Origin: Microthyrium microscopicum
Lineage: Eukaryota
NCBI GenBank assembly: GCA_010405405.1
Contig: MU004244.1
Span: forward strand, 499,895 to 563,894
DNA: 64,000 nt
Direction: 5' to 3'
Within the stretch, counting starts at the first letter, position 1; the number at the start of each line of letters is the position of its first letter. Below, piece after piece: positions 61,497 to 64,000 of this stretch. A program made the translations under genes and the position numbers. The notes under the pieces were generated by a model. That model did not search any database. It was not told the origin of the DNA and saw only the letters and a list, made by a program, of their open reading frames with translations.

Positions 61497-64000
61497 ATGG
61501 CCATCCTTCCAATCGCGGCCTTGGAAGATCTTCCAGATGATCAACTTCAGTCACTGAAAGGAGTGATAACCCTGATATGGCCATTTTCATCCTCGACAAA
61601 AAAGGCAGCTTTCTTACTCTCTGAACCTGATTTTAGGCTACGGCATAAAAAAGGGCAGGTGCGAGTCCAAGTTCAAGGCCCTGCTGCTTTAGAAGTAGCC
61701 AAATCCAAACTAAGTATTGGAGATGATATTATCCTAAACTTGAGAGGGGGAAGACTGGTGCGCGCTGAGCAAGATGTCAGCACACCAGGCAAGAGCGTGG
61801 ATATAGAATTGATCTATAAGGCTAGCTTGGGCATGCAGGTAAGTTCAAAAAATACGTCTATTTGATTTGTACTCATAAGTCTAGATCTCAAGAAATGGTG
61901 AACCACTAGCGACTATAGATATCAATACGCCGCAATCACCAATCTCTTCGCCGCGACCGGATCTAATTGGCGATGCAGTTTCGACTCCAACTATGGAAGA
62001 TGCTGGATTCGGCACTCCTGTTAGAGCAGAGATCCCTCTATTTCACAGAAAAGCTAGAAAATCTGCCGGATCTGAGGTAGACTCTCCTATTGATCCATTC
62101 AATGATACGCAAGGCGTCGAGAATCCGAGGAAGCGAATGCGCGTTTCTTGGGGAACTCCAGCTCGATGGAAATTAGCCAGTCTACCTCCATCACCGCCGA
62201 AGAAGCGAGTTGATGGTGACAGTTTTTGGATTGGCAACGACGACAGCGACTCTGATGTCGAAAAAGACACTGGACTAGAAAACGATAATGATGGTGAAGA
62301 CCATGAGGCAGTGGACTCTAGTGCAACTTCTCCAGTCAGCGAGGCGGAGCTCACTCAAATGGTAGAAGATGCTCGTCGAGATTATGGCAGCGAGAAGTTG
62401 CAAGGCTTCAAAGACGATGGTCCTAGTAGTCCTGTCGGTTTCGAGCCGTATCGAGATACTACAGATGTTCCATTTGATCATACTTTCAATTTCCATGATA
62501 TGCCTGGATTCGGACGAATGCCTTCTGATCTGTCAAACGACATGCCAAGTACTGCTTTGCAAAGTATGCAGAGCGCGCATACCAATGTCGAAGAGTTGAG
62601 GGCAAAGAGTCCAGAGCCTGTTCAAAGTCAACCATCCTCCATGTTGATGGAAGACCAGAGCATGATAGCAAATATCACAGACTTCGGCGGTCTTGATAGA
62701 GTACCACCCGATTTGCCACCTTTCATCGCGGCTGATTTGACGATGCTCGAAGATTTGACTGCTATCGAATCGGAGGTGCCTATGCACGATGAAGAACAAA
62801 GTCAAATACCGGTCATCGAAATTGACAGTTCTGTCGAGACGGTACCTGACAACGCAGGCATATCCATTCATGACTTTACAGCTCCTATAGAATCCGTCAT
62901 GTCCACTATGGCTCCACCTCCGCCGCGATCGCGTCCTGTCACACCGAAACTGGAACCGGTGGAATCGACTTCACTACCTATACCTTCACCCTTTCCGCAG
63001 GAGGATCTGACGAACCCACTTGATGCTGCATTGCAAGACTCGCCTGGCAAGAAGTCATTTAGACCTAAACTAAAAATGACGGAAATGATACCGGACCTGG
63101 ATTTTGGCTTTGGCTTTGGCTCTGGCGATACTCAACATTTACAACCCGAGGAGAGCCAATTCCAGCTAAGCGTGGATGCTGGCAAAGGAAATAGCTTGCC
63201 CGAACAGTCCTACACACCAACGACGACGCCGCCGGACCTGGCCTTCTCGGAAATCATGGTAGGATCATCTGCAGCCGAGGATTTTCATGAAGATGGCGAA
63301 CCTTCTGCTAATGTCATTGACGTAGAATCTCCCACACCAGGATTAAATGTGACCGGATCATCACCGCCAAAGGCAACTAAGGAGGATAATGTTGTTCCAC
63401 AGCGAAGGAGTTATGTTGTACAGGAAAATGAGGTCGGGGATGTTTTGGCTCGGTCATTTGGCACTCAATCAGCTACGAAAACCACGGAGTCTGTCCAACC
63501 TTCTAGTCGCTCGGCTCTCCTTGACTTAGATATTACACCTTCCACGAGCTTTGATCACTTATCGAATAGTTTTATAGGACAAGAGGCCCAGGAACCAGAA
63601 AAGGCGGGAGCTAGTTTTGGGGAATTCACATCAGCGCAGCTCGAAGAGATTTTCTCCAAGCCGGTTGCCCCTTCCAACGTTGATGAAGGGAAGGAGCAAC
63701 GGTCGCCCAGCATGGAGTCCGCCCCCGATTTCCGAACCTATGAGGACGACGACGATGGTTGGATGCCCCTTCCTGATTCTTCTTTTCATGAAAACCCCAC
63801 ACAAGATTTTGGAATTTCAACCCCTTCTGTAGCAGGATCTCCACTAGAAGGACAATCGTTCCCCACACAGCCCTTTGGCCAAGCTGTAAACGAAAGCTTC
63901 CATGACCTTTCCCCCATACCCGAAGATTCTTATTTCCCTCCCGACATTGGACAACCCAGCTTGCCACCACCAGAGAGTCAGCAAACGTTAGACTCGCCAG
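61497..64000 (+). CDS. Large OB-fold protein, POT1/Cdc13-like telomere ssDNA-binding family (3' partial)
   Basis: N-terminal OB-like KGVITLIWPFSSSTKKAAFLLSEPDFRLRHKKGQVRV, intron 61839-61883, then a long acidic Ser/Pro-rich frame open to the window edge. Confidence 0.65.

Overview
Eukaryotic DNA from a filamentous ascomycete (Pezizomycotina, probably a Dothideomycete). Evidence: short GT-AG introns with CTRAC-type branch sites, hex-1, nudE, a HET gene and RIP-like transition patterns. About 28 protein-coding genes are supported. Conserved genes include DUF3433, YciI, cupin, MAG1 glycosylase, DJ-1/Hsp31, HEX1, a peroxisomal ANT1-like carrier, an ACS-family MFS transporter, a DUF2235 hydrolase, a heme dioxygenase-P450 fusion, NudE, ICln/Lot5, a FAD2-type desaturase, ECM13-like, RTA1-like and a POT1/Cdc13-like OB protein. 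They are mixed with lineage-specific paralogue arrays (three C2H2-BTB genes, two DUF7730-like genes), a HET gene, small non-autonomous transposons and a scrambled pseudogene at 3.7-5.4 kb. Most interesting: (1) hex-1 has about 1.1 kb of spliced leader with no ATG in any frame, yet an in-frame ~236-codon extension beginning at a CTG in strong context, suggesting a non-AUG long isoform; (2) a Tle1-like DUF2235 hydrolase sits head-to-head with a fatty-acid dioxygenase whose P450 domain lacks the heme cysteine, a possible lipase-plus-dioxygenase oxylipin module; (3) a Dal81/TamA-like transcription factor relic has its middle exon inverted between copies of a dispersed ~200-bp MITE family and is fused in frame to an MFS fragment. 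Family assignments come from motif recognition by eye; no database search was run.
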